A stretch of 64,000 nt of DNA from an uncultured archaeon (GCA_964608725.1 CAZSPB010000001.1:43696-107695); one strand, 5' to 3'. Positions 1 to 10,896 are shown, counted from the first letter of the stretch. Notes: generated from the sequence alone by a model not told the origin. Translations and numbers: made by a program.

Positions 1-584
1 CTTCCTACAGCCTTCATTCCATGATCCGAAATTATCAAAATAAAGTCATCGTAATTTTTAGATTGTTTTGCAATTTTATCTAATTCTTTATAAACTTTTT
101 TCATCTTTTTAGTAATTCCAAAACTTAAGTGCCCAATTGCATCTGCGAGATTAAAATAACTCATCAAACATTCAAACTTTCCAAGATTTTCAAAAAATTC
201 TCTTTTATTCTCTTCATGATTTTTCCAAATAATTTTATCATAATCCTCTATGGTATTTCTATTTTCAAAGTAACCTTTCAATAATTTTCTTTCTAAAGTA
301 TGATTTTCTTGCTTATAAGAAAAGGCTGGAACATCTATTGCTTTAAATGATTTAAAAAACTTGAAAAAAGTTTCTTCTTTCTTTAGTTTAAAGTTCCATT
401 GCCCTTTTACTGGAATTTTCTTTTCCATGTTCTTTCCAGTCAAAAATGAAGCCCATAAAACAACTGTTCTTTCCAATTGAAATTCTGAAATATCTGTTTT
501 GCCAAATTCAACTTGCATCAAATTTTTACAATTAAACTTTTTCACAAGATTTAAATCTAAAGCATCAAAAGCCAAAATTATCAT
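1..584 (-). CDS. Alkaline phosphatase superfamily protein (phosphodiesterase/sulfatase-like), runs off window start
   Basis: Manual translation MIILAFDALD...TVVLWASFLTG...ADAIGH...ILIISDHGM; AlkP-superfamily motifs; not in ORF track. Confidence 0.75.
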   Translation of the reverse strand, partial: MIILAFDALDLNLVKKFNCKNLMQVEFGKTDISEFQLERTVVLWASFLTGKNMEKKIPVKGQWNFKLKKEETFFKFFKSFKAIDVPAFSYKQENHTLERKLLKGYFENRNTIEDYDKIIWKNHEENKREFFENLGKFECLMSYFNLADAIGHLSFGITKKMKKVYKELDKIAKQSKNYDDFILIISDHGMKAVG

Positions 585-601
585 AGAACCACCAAAACTT
601 T

Positions 602-829
602 TTAATCTCTTTTATACCCATGTTTAATGAAAGACCATATTCTTTCGAAAATATAGTAACTTGGTATTTTGACGAAAAACTCTAATATACTAAATTTAAA
701 TGAAAGTTGAAAATTTCCTGTTAAAAGGTAAATTATTAAGGGGGAAATCAAAAATGACTGATATATTCTATAACTGAGAGTTTTTGCAAAGCTTCTTTTA
801 TGAGTTTCGTAAGTTTCCATTAAAATCAC
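602..829 (-). CDS. DUF2061-like small membrane protein
   Basis: ETHKRSFAKTLSYR...YYIFERIW pattern; family commonly beside sulfate activation genes. Confidence 0.7.
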   Translation of the reverse strand: MILMETYETHKRSFAKTLSYRIYQSFLISPLIIYLLTGNFQLSFKFSILEFFVKIPSYYIFERIWSFIKHGYKRD

Positions 830-1698
830 ATATATCCTAAACTTCTCAACCTTCTCATTATTTCTTCTGCTTCCTTATCTTGAGCTCTTCCACTTCTTTC
901 TTCAACATCAGTTGTTTCTAACTCTTCTATTATCTCATCTATTGTGCTTGCTCTTGAATTTACTGGCATTGTGCAAGGTTGACAACCTAAAGATCTAAAC
1001 CTTTTATTCTTCCATCCATAAGCCTTTTTAACGTAATCAGCAAAGTATAATGGGTTTACTGGTATCTTTTCTCTTTTTATATATCTCCAAACATCAAGCT
1101 CTGTCCAATCTAAGATCGGATGGACTCTAACATGAGAGCAATTCGGCCCAAAGTCAGTTTGATACAAATCCCATAATTCTGGTTGTTGCAAAGCTTCAAA
1201 AGGTGCATCTCCTTTTTCTCCTTTTCTCTTTGGCCTTACAAAATGCCACTTAAACTCTTTATCCCTAGGTGAAAAGTGTCTTTCTATGTTTCTCATAGCA
1301 TGCTCATCATGTCTTATTGAAAGGATTAAAGCATCAAATTTATACTTTCTCAAAACCATTTTCAATGTTTCTGTTTTTAATGCTGTGCAACAGTTAAACC
1401 TTGAAGTAACTTCTGGTGACATCCCTTCTTTTAAAGCTTTTTCATTTCTTGCAATTATCAAATTTAAATTCCATTCTTTTGCAATTTTATCTCTAAACTC
1501 GTAAATTTCAGGAAATTTATAACTTGTGTCTAAATGAACAACTGGAAATGGAATTTTTCCATAAAATGCTTTTTTGATTAGCCAAAGCATTGTTGTGCTA
1601 TCTTTACCAGTAGACCACAAAACTCCAATATTTTTAAACCTTGCATTTGCTTCTCTAATAATGAAAATGCTTTTTTTCTCAAGCTCATTAAGATTCAT
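826..1698 (-). CDS. cysD: Sulfate adenylyltransferase subunit 2 (PAPS reductase family)
   Basis: WSTGKDS PP-loop, HLDTSYKFPE, RVHPILDWTE, RFRSLGC, ERSGRAQD, LRSLGYM tail. Confidence 0.85.
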   Translation of the reverse strand: MNLNELEKKSIFIIREANARFKNIGVLWSTGKDSTTMLWLIKKAFYGKIPFPVVHLDTSYKFPEIYEFRDKIAKEWNLNLIIARNEKALKEGMSPEVTSRFNCCTALKTETLKMVLRKYKFDALILSIRHDEHAMRNIERHFSPRDKEFKWHFVRPKRKGEKGDAPFEALQQPELWDLYQTDFGPNCSHVRVHPILDWTELDVWRYIKREKIPVNPLYFADYVKKAYGWKNKRFRSLGCQPCTMPVNSRASTIDEIIEELETTDVEERSGRAQDKEAEEIMRRLRSLGYM

Positions 1699-1707
1699 TA
1701 TCTCACC

Positions 1708-1929
1708 TCAAATGTATCCTAAAGCCTTTAGTCTTTGCTTTATTATTCTTATCTCTTTTTCAGTCAGCTTATTCTCTTTAGAAACTTTTCCTGCTACTAC
1801 CCCCCTCATAACATAAACTATGAATTCTGTAACACTAGAAAAGCCTGTTCCTTTAATCATTTTTTTAATTTTTTTGTATAGTGGCCTTGGAATTTTTATA
1901 GTTACCTTATCATTTGACACTCTAATCAC
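1708..1929 (-). CDS. CopG/ribbon-helix-helix protein with LKALGY tail
   Basis: VTIKIPRPLY...TGFSSVTEFIVYVMR RHH pattern. Confidence 0.75.
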   Translation of the reverse strand: MIRVSNDKVTIKIPRPLYKKIKKMIKGTGFSSVTEFIVYVMRGVVAGKVSKENKLTEKEIRIIKQRLKALGYI

Positions 1930-1969
1930 ACTCCATTTGTAGTGTATTTAGAAAGATAGATATTTAAAG

Positions 1970-3463
1970 TTAACCGAAAAATGAAACTAACTTTTTAATA
2001 AAATTCTTGAATTTTTTTACTCCAAACTTATTTGGAAAATAATCAAGTAACAAAAGATCTTTTTCATTTATAATTTTGAACTTGAATAACAAAACAAAAT
2101 AAGAGAGAAAAGCAAATGCTATTAAAATTATTTTTAGGAAAGAATTAGATAAAGAAGCTAGTAACAAAATTATCAAAAAAATTATGTTATTTGGTATTAA
2201 AAATATGCTTCTTCTTGAAATTTTTAATGGTAACACTTTGTTAACAAAAAATATTGATATGCTTATTATGAAAATTTGGGATGTTAAAAATGAGAAAACT
2301 GCTCCAAGAACATCATAAAGAGGAATGAGAAGAAAACACAAAATAATGTTTAAAAGCATTCCGAAGAAAAGGATAAGCAATCTTATTTTTGGTTTGTAAG
2401 CAGAGTAAAGGAACAAAAGAAGTAAGCTACTTATTCCCATTAAGAAAAATGCAAGTAAGTAAGGTGCAAACAAAAGAGATGCTCCTAAAAATTTACTTCC
2501 AAAAAACAACTCTACAAAAAATTTTGAAAATATTGAGAGAAAAATGATGAGAGGTAAAACTATAACAACAATAGTTTTTACTGCTATAGTTAACAACAAC
2601 TTAACTTTCTCTTTTTCTCTAACCCAAAATTCTGAAAAACTTGGAAATATTGCTCCAGCTATTATAGAAGGAATAAAAAGAGTTATCATACCAAAAAGGT
2701 AAGCAACACTTAATAAGCCAACAGAACCAAAAGTTGAAAGAAAACTAGAAATTATTATCCCTCCTTGAAGTATGAAAAAAGATGAAATAGAAGAAAGTAA
2801 ACTGAAAGAACAAAATTTCAAAAAAATCTTCTTATCAAAACTATTTTCTTTTTCAAAACTCATTTTAGAAAGGATTAATGAGTACAAAATTAAACAAGAA
2901 AGGAAGTATGATATCCATGCAAAAACTCCACCCAAAACTTTAAACCCGATAAAAGTTAAGAGTAAGGCTATCAATATTTTTAAACTTGCACTAAAAGAAT
3001 CAACTAAGAACATGCTTTTAAAATTTTGAAACCCTTGAAAAGTTGATTTCAATATTGAAGTCAAAGTGAAAACGAAAATTAAAATTGAAGAGTATTTTAA
3101 AGGTAAGGCCAATTCTTCAGAATTGTAAAGGTTAAGAGCAATTAACTTTGAAAAATAAAATATTAAGAAAGAAATTATTAGAGAAGTTATGATGATAACT
3201 TTTATAGAAAATTTTATTGTTGCTTTTACTTTTCCTTTTTTACCTTTTTTCAAAAATTCTGGTATGAATTTTGGTAAAGCTTCTTGAAAACCTAAGGTTG
3301 AAAATAAGGCTAACCCATTTGAAAAAGAAATTATTGTAAAAAGAATTCCATACTCTTCTTTTGTTAAGAACCTCCCCATCAAAATCCAAAATAAGTAACC
3401 TAAAATAGTAAGAACTAAAGCATCCAAGAAATAGTAAAAAACGTTTGAAACTATTTTTTTCAT
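1970..3463 (-). CDS. Oligosaccharide flippase (Wzx/MOP family)
   Basis: ~13-14 TM segments, GRFLTKEEYG, LGFQEALPKFI, FQGFQ. Confidence 0.8.
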   Translation of the reverse strand: MKKIVSNVFYYFLDALVLTILGYLFWILMGRFLTKEEYGILFTIISFSNGLALFSTLGFQEALPKFIPEFLKKGKKGKVKATIKFSIKVIIITSLIISFLIFYFSKLIALNLYNSEELALPLKYSSILIFVFTLTSILKSTFQGFQNFKSMFLVDSFSASLKILIALLLTFIGFKVLGGVFAWISYFLSCLILYSLILSKMSFEKENSFDKKIFLKFCSFSLLSSISSFFILQGGIIISSFLSTFGSVGLLSVAYLFGMITLFIPSIIAGAIFPSFSEFWVREKEKVKLLLTIAVKTIVVIVLPLIIFLSIFSKFFVELFFGSKFLGASLLFAPYLLAFFLMGISSLLLLFLYSAYKPKIRLLILFFGMLLNIILCFLLIPLYDVLGAVFSFLTSQIFIISISIFFVNKVLPLKISRRSIFLIPNNIIFLIILLLASLSNSFLKIILIAFAFLSYFVLLFKFKIINEKDLLLLDYFPNKFGVKKFKNFIKKLVSFFG

Positions 3464-3471
3464 TTTTCTCC

Positions 3472-4452
3472 CTAATAAATTATATCACTGTCAAATGATA
3501 TTCTCTTGGGAAGAAGCCAAGGTAAGTGCAAAGCTAAAAATCTTGCTAATTTGTCTCCAAGTTTTGAAAAGAATATTTTTGGTTCAAAAAACTCTTGTAA
3601 TTCTTCTTCATATTTTTTAAAATCTGGAAAATTTTCAACCAATATTTCACTTGCTATTAAACCCCACATTATTCCTCCACTAGATAAAGGTTTTGTTAGT
3701 CCTATTGAATCACCACATAATGCAACTCTATCTTTTGCAGCTTTCACTAAACCGTATGGTATAGGTGCTGAATAAACTTTTTTTATTTTCACCTTCTTCC
3801 TTTTACAAAATTTCTTGAATTCGCTTTTGGCAACTTCAGGAAGTTCTAACAAACCATATTCAATTTTTTTACCTCTGGGAATTTTCCAAGCAAACCCATT
3901 TTTTAAAGGAAAAACATCAACTTTTTTGCTTTCATCTTTTTTATTAACATAACAATAAATACCGAGAATATAGTCAGGATCTTTTATTTTAAGTGTTTTT
4001 CTAACTATGGAGAAAAAACCATCACAGCCTATTAAGTAATCAAATTCAATAACTTTTCCAGAAACTAAGACTTGTGGCCTTTTCTTCTTTAAAAAATAAA
4101 CTTTTTTTACTTCACTGTTCAAAAAAATCTTTGCTCCATTCTTTTCAGCAAGACTCGCAACATATTGATCTAATTTTTTTCTATTTATAACGAACATCCT
4201 TGGATAAAAATCAAGAATTACTCTCTTCTTCGGAAAATGTACATAAGCTTCTTCTATTGTGTTCTCTATCAGCTCATTATTCCTTGGAATAAAATCCCAA
4301 ATTCTCTTAGAAACTAAACCTGAGCATGCTTTTTCGCCAATTCTTTTATTCTTCTCAAAAACTGTTACATCGTGTTCTTCAGAAAGCCTCCAAGCTAAAT
4401 AAGAGCCAACTATACCACAACCAACTATACAAACTCTCATATTCCTAACCAA
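3472..4452 (-). CDS. FAD-dependent oxidoreductase, geranylgeranyl reductase family
   Basis: GCGIVG Rossmann motif, KACSGLVS, IGCDG, GDS...KPLSSGGI. Confidence 0.75.
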   Translation of the reverse strand: MVRNMRVCIVGCGIVGSYLAWRLSEEHDVTVFEKNKRIGEKACSGLVSKRIWDFIPRNNELIENTIEEAYVHFPKKRVILDFYPRMFVINRKKLDQYVASLAEKNGAKIFLNSEVKKVYFLKKKRPQVLVSGKVIEFDYLIGCDGFFSIVRKTLKIKDPDYILGIYCYVNKKDESKKVDVFPLKNGFAWKIPRGKKIEYGLLELPEVAKSEFKKFCKRKKVKIKKVYSAPIPYGLVKAAKDRVALCGDSIGLTKPLSSGGIMWGLIASEILVENFPDFKKYEEELQEFFEPKIFFSKLGDKLARFLALHLPWLLPKRISFDSDIIY

Positions 4453-4481
4453 TATATAGTTTAATACAATATCTATTTTCT

Positions 4482-5300
4482 ATGAATTATAAAATATTAT
4501 TCCCGCTTTTGTTTTTAGTTTTTTGTATGGTATATTTGGTTTACCAAGTAACTACTGTAGGCCTTAATTTAGATATAGATTTGAAAGGTGGTACTCAAAT
4601 ACTAGCAGAATCTTCGAAACCTTTAGATGAGAAGGAACTTGAAAATGTTTTGAAAGAATATGATGCCTCTGTTAGAAGTGCCAAAGGAGTGAAAGCTTAT
4701 TCTATTTTCATAGAGTTTGATGCAAGTATAAATCCTGAAAATGTTATAGAAACTTTAGAAAAAAATGGATACAAATTTGAAGATTATTCTGTACAAACTA
4801 TAGGTCCTGCTTTAGGTAGTGCTTTTCTTCAACAAGCAGTTTTTGTTTTAGTTATAGCTTTCATATTTATGGCCGTAACAGTTTTCATAATTTTCAAAAT
4901 ACCACTCCCAAGTTTTTATCTAATCTTAACTTCATTTTCTGATATAATCGAAACTTTAGTGATAACACAAATTCTAGGAATAAAGCTCTCTTTAGCAACT
5001 TTTGCATCCCTCCTCTTGCTTGTAGGATACAGCGTTGATGATAATATTTTGCTTACAACTAGAGTTTTGAAGAAAGCTGGGGGTGATATAGAAACTGAAA
5101 TTAAAAATACTAGAAAAACTGGATTCACAATGATGGGTGCAACTATAGTTGCATTATTTGCACTTTTCATAATTTCAACATCTGTTGTAATAACTCAAAT
5201 TGCTTCAGTTCTCTTGATAGGTTTATTAATAGATTTGGTAAACAGTTGGGTGTTAAACACAAACTTGCTAAGATGGTATGTTAAGAGGAAGATAAAATGA
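4482..5300 (+). CDS. secF: Protein translocase subunit SecF
   Basis: DIDLKGGT, IGPALG, GYSVDDNILLTTR. Confidence 0.9.
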   Translation: MNYKILFPLLFLVFCMVYLVYQVTTVGLNLDIDLKGGTQILAESSKPLDEKELENVLKEYDASVRSAKGVKAYSIFIEFDASINPENVIETLEKNGYKFEDYSVQTIGPALGSAFLQQAVFVLVIAFIFMAVTVFIIFKIPLPSFYLILTSFSDIIETLVITQILGIKLSLATFASLLLLVGYSVDDNILLTTRVLKKAGGDIETEIKNTRKTGFTMMGATIVALFALFIISTSVVITQIASVLLIGLLIDLVNSWVLNTNLLRWYVKRKIK

Positions 5301-6973
5301 AGGAATTGCTTAAAGAATGGAGAATTTGGCTAGTTATAGTTAGCTTAATAATTGCAATTTACTTGATATCGCCTTTTCCTCAAAAAGGAGTTATAGTCAC
5401 TTACATCTCAGAAGATTCTCCATTTAAGAACAAAATAGAAATTGGGGAAACCATAACATGGGCAAATGAAAAAGAAATAAGCTCTCCTGAAGATTTTTAT
5501 TCTTTTGAAAATTATACTGGAACTTTTAGGTTCATTCATTCTGGAAAATTAGATTTAGTTAATATAGAAAAGCCTGGGCTTGGAATTATTGTAAAAAAGA
5601 AGCCTTTTTCCAATTTGCAGTTTGGTTTAGATTTAGTTGGAGGAACAAGAGTTTTACTAAAACCAAAGGGAAATGTTAGTGATGCCACTATACAACAAGC
5701 TATAGCAACCTTAGAAACTAGAATAAATATATTTGGCTTAAAAGAAGCAACTTTCCAACCTGTAAAAGATGTTGCTGGGAATAGATACATTCAAATAGAG
5801 ATGGCTGGAGGAACAAAAGAAGAGGTTAAAAGTTTGTTGGCAAAACAAGGGAAATTCGAAGGAAAAATTTTGAGAACTATAATTTTCAAGAATAAAACTG
5901 GAAGTATAAAGTTGATGAATAATCATTTAATAGAACTTCTTGATCATGAAATAAAAATAAATGGAACTGTGTTAAAAGAGAATGAAACTTCAAAGCTTGA
6001 AGGGGTTGATTTTCAAGTTTTAAACTTAACTCAAGAAAATGTAACTTTAGCTTTTACAGTTTTTACTGGAAGAGATATTCAATCAGTATGTTTACAAGAT
6101 CAGCCAGGAATTTGTGTTTCAAGAACTATAAGGCAAATGGGAGGGTGGCAATTCAACTTCCAAGTTTTCATATCCCAAGAAGGAGCTGAAAAATTTGCAA
6201 AAGTTACGAATGGGATGGAAGTTATAACTGATCCAAGAACAGGAGAAAAGTACTTAGATGGAAAAATTTCTTTATATCTAGATGAAAAGTTGATAACAGA
6301 ACTTAACATAGCTTCAGAGTTAAAAGGCCAAGCCTATACAACTCCTGCTATAACAGGTTTTAGAAAAACTAGGAGTGAAGCTATAAAAGAGCAATTAATG
6401 CTAAAAAGTATTTTGCAATCAGGAGCTTTACCAACAACTGTTGAAATAGTAAGAATTGATGAAATTTCTCCAGCTTTAGGAAGAGAGTTTTTTGAATCAG
6501 CAATACTTTCAACTTTCATTGCTTTAGTCGCAGTTGCTTGTGTGATTTACTTTAGATATAGAAACTTTAAGATATTATTGCCAAACATCCTTTGGAGTTT
6601 AATAGAGTTGATATTAACTTTAGGTGGTGCCGCTTTGATAAAATGGACTTTAGATTTATCTTCTATAGCAGGAATAATAGCTGGGATAGGAAGTGGAACT
6701 AATGATCAAATTATGATAATAGATGAAATATTAGCTGGTGGTGCAAAAGAAGAAGAAAGATTTTACACTTTAAAACAAAGGATAAAGAGGGCATTTTTCA
6801 TTATATTTGGTTCAGCTGCAACTGTAGCAGCATCAGTTGTTCCTATGATGTTTATTGGAATAGGAGCTATGAAAGGTTTCGCAGTTACCACTCTTCTTGG
6901 AATATTCATTGGTGTTTTCATCACAAGGCCTGCTTTCAGCATAATTGCTGAAAGGATATTAAAGAAGAGCTAA
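5297..6973 (+). CDS. secD: Protein translocase subunit SecD (PDZ-like N-terminal insert)
   Basis: GLDLVGGTR, LQSGALP, ISPALG, GSGTNDQI, KGFA; overlaps secF. Confidence 0.9.
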   Translation: MKELLKEWRIWLVIVSLIIAIYLISPFPQKGVIVTYISEDSPFKNKIEIGETITWANEKEISSPEDFYSFENYTGTFRFIHSGKLDLVNIEKPGLGIIVKKKPFSNLQFGLDLVGGTRVLLKPKGNVSDATIQQAIATLETRINIFGLKEATFQPVKDVAGNRYIQIEMAGGTKEEVKSLLAKQGKFEGKILRTIIFKNKTGSIKLMNNHLIELLDHEIKINGTVLKENETSKLEGVDFQVLNLTQENVTLAFTVFTGRDIQSVCLQDQPGICVSRTIRQMGGWQFNFQVFISQEGAEKFAKVTNGMEVITDPRTGEKYLDGKISLYLDEKLITELNIASELKGQAYTTPAITGFRKTRSEAIKEQLMLKSILQSGALPTTVEIVRIDEISPALGREFFESAILSTFIALVAVACVIYFRYRNFKILLPNILWSLIELILTLGGAALIKWTLDLSSIAGIIAGIGSGTNDQIMIIDEILAGGAKEEERFYTLKQRIKRAFFIIFGSAATVAASVVPMMFIGIGAMKGFAVTTLLGIFIGVFITRPAFSIIAERILKKS

Positions 6974-7025
6974 CCACTCCTAGAAGTTAAATAGAATTTT
7001 CAAGTTTTTTTTACTTTCTTAAATT

Positions 7026-8220
7026 ATGCTTCTCATAATATTTTCAATTTTCATTGGAATTTTAATTGGAATAGTTGCTGGAATACTTCCTGGCCTTCAC
7101 CCAAATAATACTATTCCAATGATATTAAGTTTATCTTTTCTTTTTGGGCCTTTACCTACTGCAATAATTTTAGTAACTTCTGGAATTGTTAATTGTTTCA
7201 TTAATTTCATACCTTCAATTTTACTAGGGGCTCCAGAGGATTCTTCTGTATTGGGAGTTTTACCTGGCCATAAGTTATTGTTAGAAGGAAGAGGATATGA
7301 AGCTGTTAAGTTATGTGTTATTGGAAGTTTTTATGGAATTATTTTTTCTGTGTTAACTTTACCATTTTTTATAATTTTCATTCCATTTTTATACAAAACT
7401 ATAAGGCCTTATATTCATTGGTTGCTAATTATTGTAATAGGATATTTAATTTTGAATGAAAAGAAGAAAGGGATTGCAACCTTTGTTTTCATAATTTCAG
7501 GAATTTTAGGTTTCATTGTATTGAACAATTTTTCAGATTCTGCTCTCTTTCCTCTTCTTACAGGTTTGTTTGGCTTACCTATCCTTCTCGTTTCAATTTT
7601 TCAAAAAAACAAAACTTCCTGAAAAATTTGTTTTTAATGAAATCAAGTTAGAAAGGAAAAAAGTTTTCTCTTGTGTTAGCATTGGAGCTTTAGCAGGAAT
7701 AGTAGCTGGTTTATTACCTGGAATAGGAGCAACTCAATCAACTATATTAACTCAAAACGTTTTTGGAAAAAATAAAGATGAGAGAAGTTTTTTAATATCA
7801 ATTGGTGCAATAACGACTTCAGACATAGTATACTCTATTCTTGCCCTTTTCTTAATAGGAAACCCAAGGTCTGGAATAGCTGTTGGAATATCTAAGTTAT
7901 TAGATGTTAAGCTAATTGAAACTATGATTTTTATTTCAACTATAATTTTATCATCTGGAATAAGTGTTTACTTAACTCTTAAGCTAACAAAAATTTCTCT
8001 AAGTTTTTTGAAAAAATTAAATTACAGAAAACTATGTTTTTCAATCATAATTTTCCTTTTAGTTTTAACTTTCATTTTTTCTGGTTTTGAAGGGATTTTT
8101 ATTCTCACTGTTGCAGTGGCAATAGGTTTAATACCAAATGTCGTTGGTATAAGAAGAAGTTATGGAATGGGTTGTTTAATTATTCCAACTTTGATCTTTT
8201 TCTTTAACTTCTATGGTTGA
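7026..8220 (+). pseudogene. TctA/DUF112 family permease, frameshifted (7026-7622 + 7570-8220)
   Basis: GILPGLHPN, LGAP..VLPGH, GLLPGIG, GNPRSG; removing one A from A7 at 7603-7609 fuses both ORFs. Confidence 0.7.
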
Positions 8221-10847
8221 AACTCAACCCTTTTACCTAAAGAGCCATTAAATGAGAAATAAAGTGGCCCGGAACACTTAGGGCATTTACCACTTAAAGT
8301 TGGTCTCCTAAAGCTCCAATTACAATTAAAGCAAACAACATTATCAAAATCGCTTAAAACAGTTTCTTCTGGTGATTTTGGTTTCTCCTTTTTCAAAATA
8401 TCTAACAAACTTTTCTGTCTAACACCTTCTAATAATTCAGAAGCAGAAATGCCACAAACTTCAAATATCCTTTCGAGGGGAGGAAGAAGCTGATTGTAAA
8501 TGTAATATTCAGAATCAATTGGTAAACCCCTTTCTTTTACGAATTCAGGATCTTCTGCTCTCTTTGATAAGAGTTGATTACCTTTTATTATAACGTAACC
8601 TAACCTTTCTCCAACTACTGACCTAGTTTTATCTCTTTTCAAAATTTTTTTTGCAAGCTCAACATGAGGTTGAACGCCTTCATACTTATCTAAAGACTTT
8701 GTTATACCTTTAACTATAGTTAGTTTTTCTATCGGTATTCTTCCTTTTGCAAGGTCTTCTATCACTTTTCTCACATATTTCGAAGCTTTCGTAATATTCT
8801 TTTCTTTTAAGATTATTTCAAGAACATTTCCCAAAGTTTCTGATACTAAATCACACCAATCTCTTCTTACAGTTTCTATACCTTTCATCTCTATTTTATC
8901 AACCCACTTATCCCTTTCCCTTTCAAATGCCCAACCAGCATACCTCTTCTTAGCTTCTATCAAGAAAGTTTTGTAAATTTTTTCGAATTTTAAATTAAGA
9001 CCTGGAAGTCTTTCTGAAATGAATTTTGATACTTTTCTCCCAAATTTTTCAGCTTCATCAAGATCTCTTATATCAACTTTAAGAAAAACAGAATCAGTAT
9101 CTGCATACAAAACTTTAACTGGAAAGTTTTCTTCTATAAGTTTTTTTGTTTTTGTTATAGTTTCTCTACCAAAAGCTGTTATCGAGTTTGCAATTTCTAT
9201 AACATACAATCTTGATCTTATGTAACCTGTGTAACCATACAAAGAATTTAAAAGGTCTTTTAAAGCTAATTGTTTTGCATTCAACAACCTTTTCTTCTCA
9301 GGGTCTGTCTCAAGTTTTAGTTGTTTTTTTATAGCTATTCTTGCTGACAAAATTTCATCCACAACTTGAGGTAAAATTCCTTTAAAAACTTCAGGTTTAA
9401 CGAACTTCGTACCAAAAGGAGAAACTATATGTTCTACATCTTCTCCATTTTTTAATAAAGTTGTTGTACAAATGTTGTAAGCCCTTATTAAAGAAGGATA
9501 CATACTAGTAAAATCCAAAACAACTACCCACTCATGCAAACCTATTTCAGGTTCTAAAACTATAGCTCCTTTTAAAGTTCTACCTTTTAATCTACTCTTT
9601 ATATCTCTTGGCTTACAAGGCATTAAGAAATTTCTTTTGTGAAATTCATGTAAAAGTCTACACTCATGTCTTTGAGCTTGACCACCAAAACAGTCTTGTA
9701 AAAGTAACCCAGAAAGCTTTGAAAGCTCAAAAAATTTATCTAGCAAACGTTTCTCTATAACTAATCTCAAAACTAAAATAGCATCTCTTTTAGCATAATC
9801 AACTAATAGTTGCATATCTTTTCCATTCCATATTTCTCTTATTTTTTGTAAGTAATTTTTACCCAACTCTATTTTTCCTATCCCTAAAACTTCTTTTGAG
9901 ATTGTACTCAAATCATACCTTTTAAACTTTACCCAAGGATCTCTCCTAAATATTTCAAAAGTATCAACAACAATTCTTCCAGAAATACTTGGAATGTAGC
10001 TATGTTCTAATTTTCTAGCAATAGAATTTTTCTCTGATCTTCCAAGATCTCTTGGAATTTTATATTTTTCGAAACGTTTTAAAAGAAATGGTAAATCAAA
10101 ACCATTAATGTTATGGCCACAAATTACATCAGGATCGAAATCAATTAAGATCTCTTTAAATTTTTTTAACATTTCTTCCTCGCCAGAACAAGTTATGGCC
10201 CCATTTGCTTTTCCTGATTTTGCAAGTAAAACTAAAGATTTCCTACCTTTATATTCAGGGTGAAAAGCTAAACTTATAACAATGATTTTATCTTTTTCTG
10301 GTGTTGGTATTCTCTCTTCTTCAGTCAAGCATTCTATATCAAGAGATAAGTATTTAAAAGGTGCGTTTTTCTCTAATTCAATTGGCCTTATTTCTTCTGC
10401 TTTAATTGCCTTACATTTTACTGTGTTAGTTGATATGAATTTTCCTTTTACATCTATCCAACTCATCCCTTTCAAGTTATGATCTGCCATAAATCTATAC
10501 TTAAAAAGAATGTCTGCTTCATAAGGAATTCCAAAATTTTTTGCAAAATCTCTTATTTCAGGTATCTTTCCTGGATCATTACCTGTTATTTTCAAGACTT
10601 TAACTGGAGGCTGAAAACCTATTGGCAATTTTCTCTCAACAACTTCAAATTTTAGCTCTGGATACCTATTTTTCAAAGCTTTAATAGCGTCTTCATAATT
10701 CTCTTCTTTAGAATATAAGTAAAAGTAAGGAAGAAAACCTTCGTAAAAAACGCATATAACTTCACCTTTAATGTTTTTACAAAAAATTCTTATAATTGGT
10801 TTTTTGTTAAGCATTATGTAATCGCAATCAAGAATTTGGAGTTCCAT
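8211..10847 (-). CDS. polB: B-family DNA polymerase (PolB3-like) with internal PIP-like box and C-terminal DP2-like zinc finger
   Basis: Exo DIE, HNINGFD, YAKRD; pol DFTSMYPS, KQLALK..NSLYGY, YADTDS, KKRY; tail CFNC..RRPTLSGKCPKC. Confidence 0.95.
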   Translation of the reverse strand: MELQILDCDYIMLNKKPIIRIFCKNIKGEVICVFYEGFLPYFYLYSKEENYEDAIKALKNRYPELKFEVVERKLPIGFQPPVKVLKITGNDPGKIPEIRDFAKNFGIPYEADILFKYRFMADHNLKGMSWIDVKGKFISTNTVKCKAIKAEEIRPIELEKNAPFKYLSLDIECLTEEERIPTPEKDKIIVISLAFHPEYKGRKSLVLLAKSGKANGAITCSGEEEMLKKFKEILIDFDPDVICGHNINGFDLPFLLKRFEKYKIPRDLGRSEKNSIARKLEHSYIPSISGRIVVDTFEIFRRDPWVKFKRYDLSTISKEVLGIGKIELGKNYLQKIREIWNGKDMQLLVDYAKRDAILVLRLVIEKRLLDKFFELSKLSGLLLQDCFGGQAQRHECRLLHEFHKRNFLMPCKPRDIKSRLKGRTLKGAIVLEPEIGLHEWVVVLDFTSMYPSLIRAYNICTTTLLKNGEDVEHIVSPFGTKFVKPEVFKGILPQVVDEILSARIAIKKQLKLETDPEKKRLLNAKQLALKDLLNSLYGYTGYIRSRLYVIEIANSITAFGRETITKTKKLIEENFPVKVLYADTDSVFLKVDIRDLDEAEKFGRKVSKFISERLPGLNLKFEKIYKTFLIEAKKRYAGWAFERERDKWVDKIEMKGIETVRRDWCDLVSETLGNVLEIILKEKNITKASKYVRKVIEDLAKGRIPIEKLTIVKGITKSLDKYEGVQPHVELAKKILKRDKTRSVVGERLGYVIIKGNQLLSKRAEDPEFVKERGLPIDSEYYIYNQLLPPLERIFEVCGISASELLEGVRQKSLLDILKKEKPKSPEETVLSDFDNVVCFNCNWSFRRPTLSGKCPKCSGPLYFSFNGSLGKRVEFQP

Positions 10848-10896
10848 GAAATTATATTTAAGTTAACAATTTAAACCATTTTCGTTACTTTAAAAT

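Noticed and set aside
1928-1945. ACACT-N8-AGTGT at RHH start as operator or NrdR box
   Set aside because: Only 5-bp arms and four mismatches to NrdR consensus; may be chance
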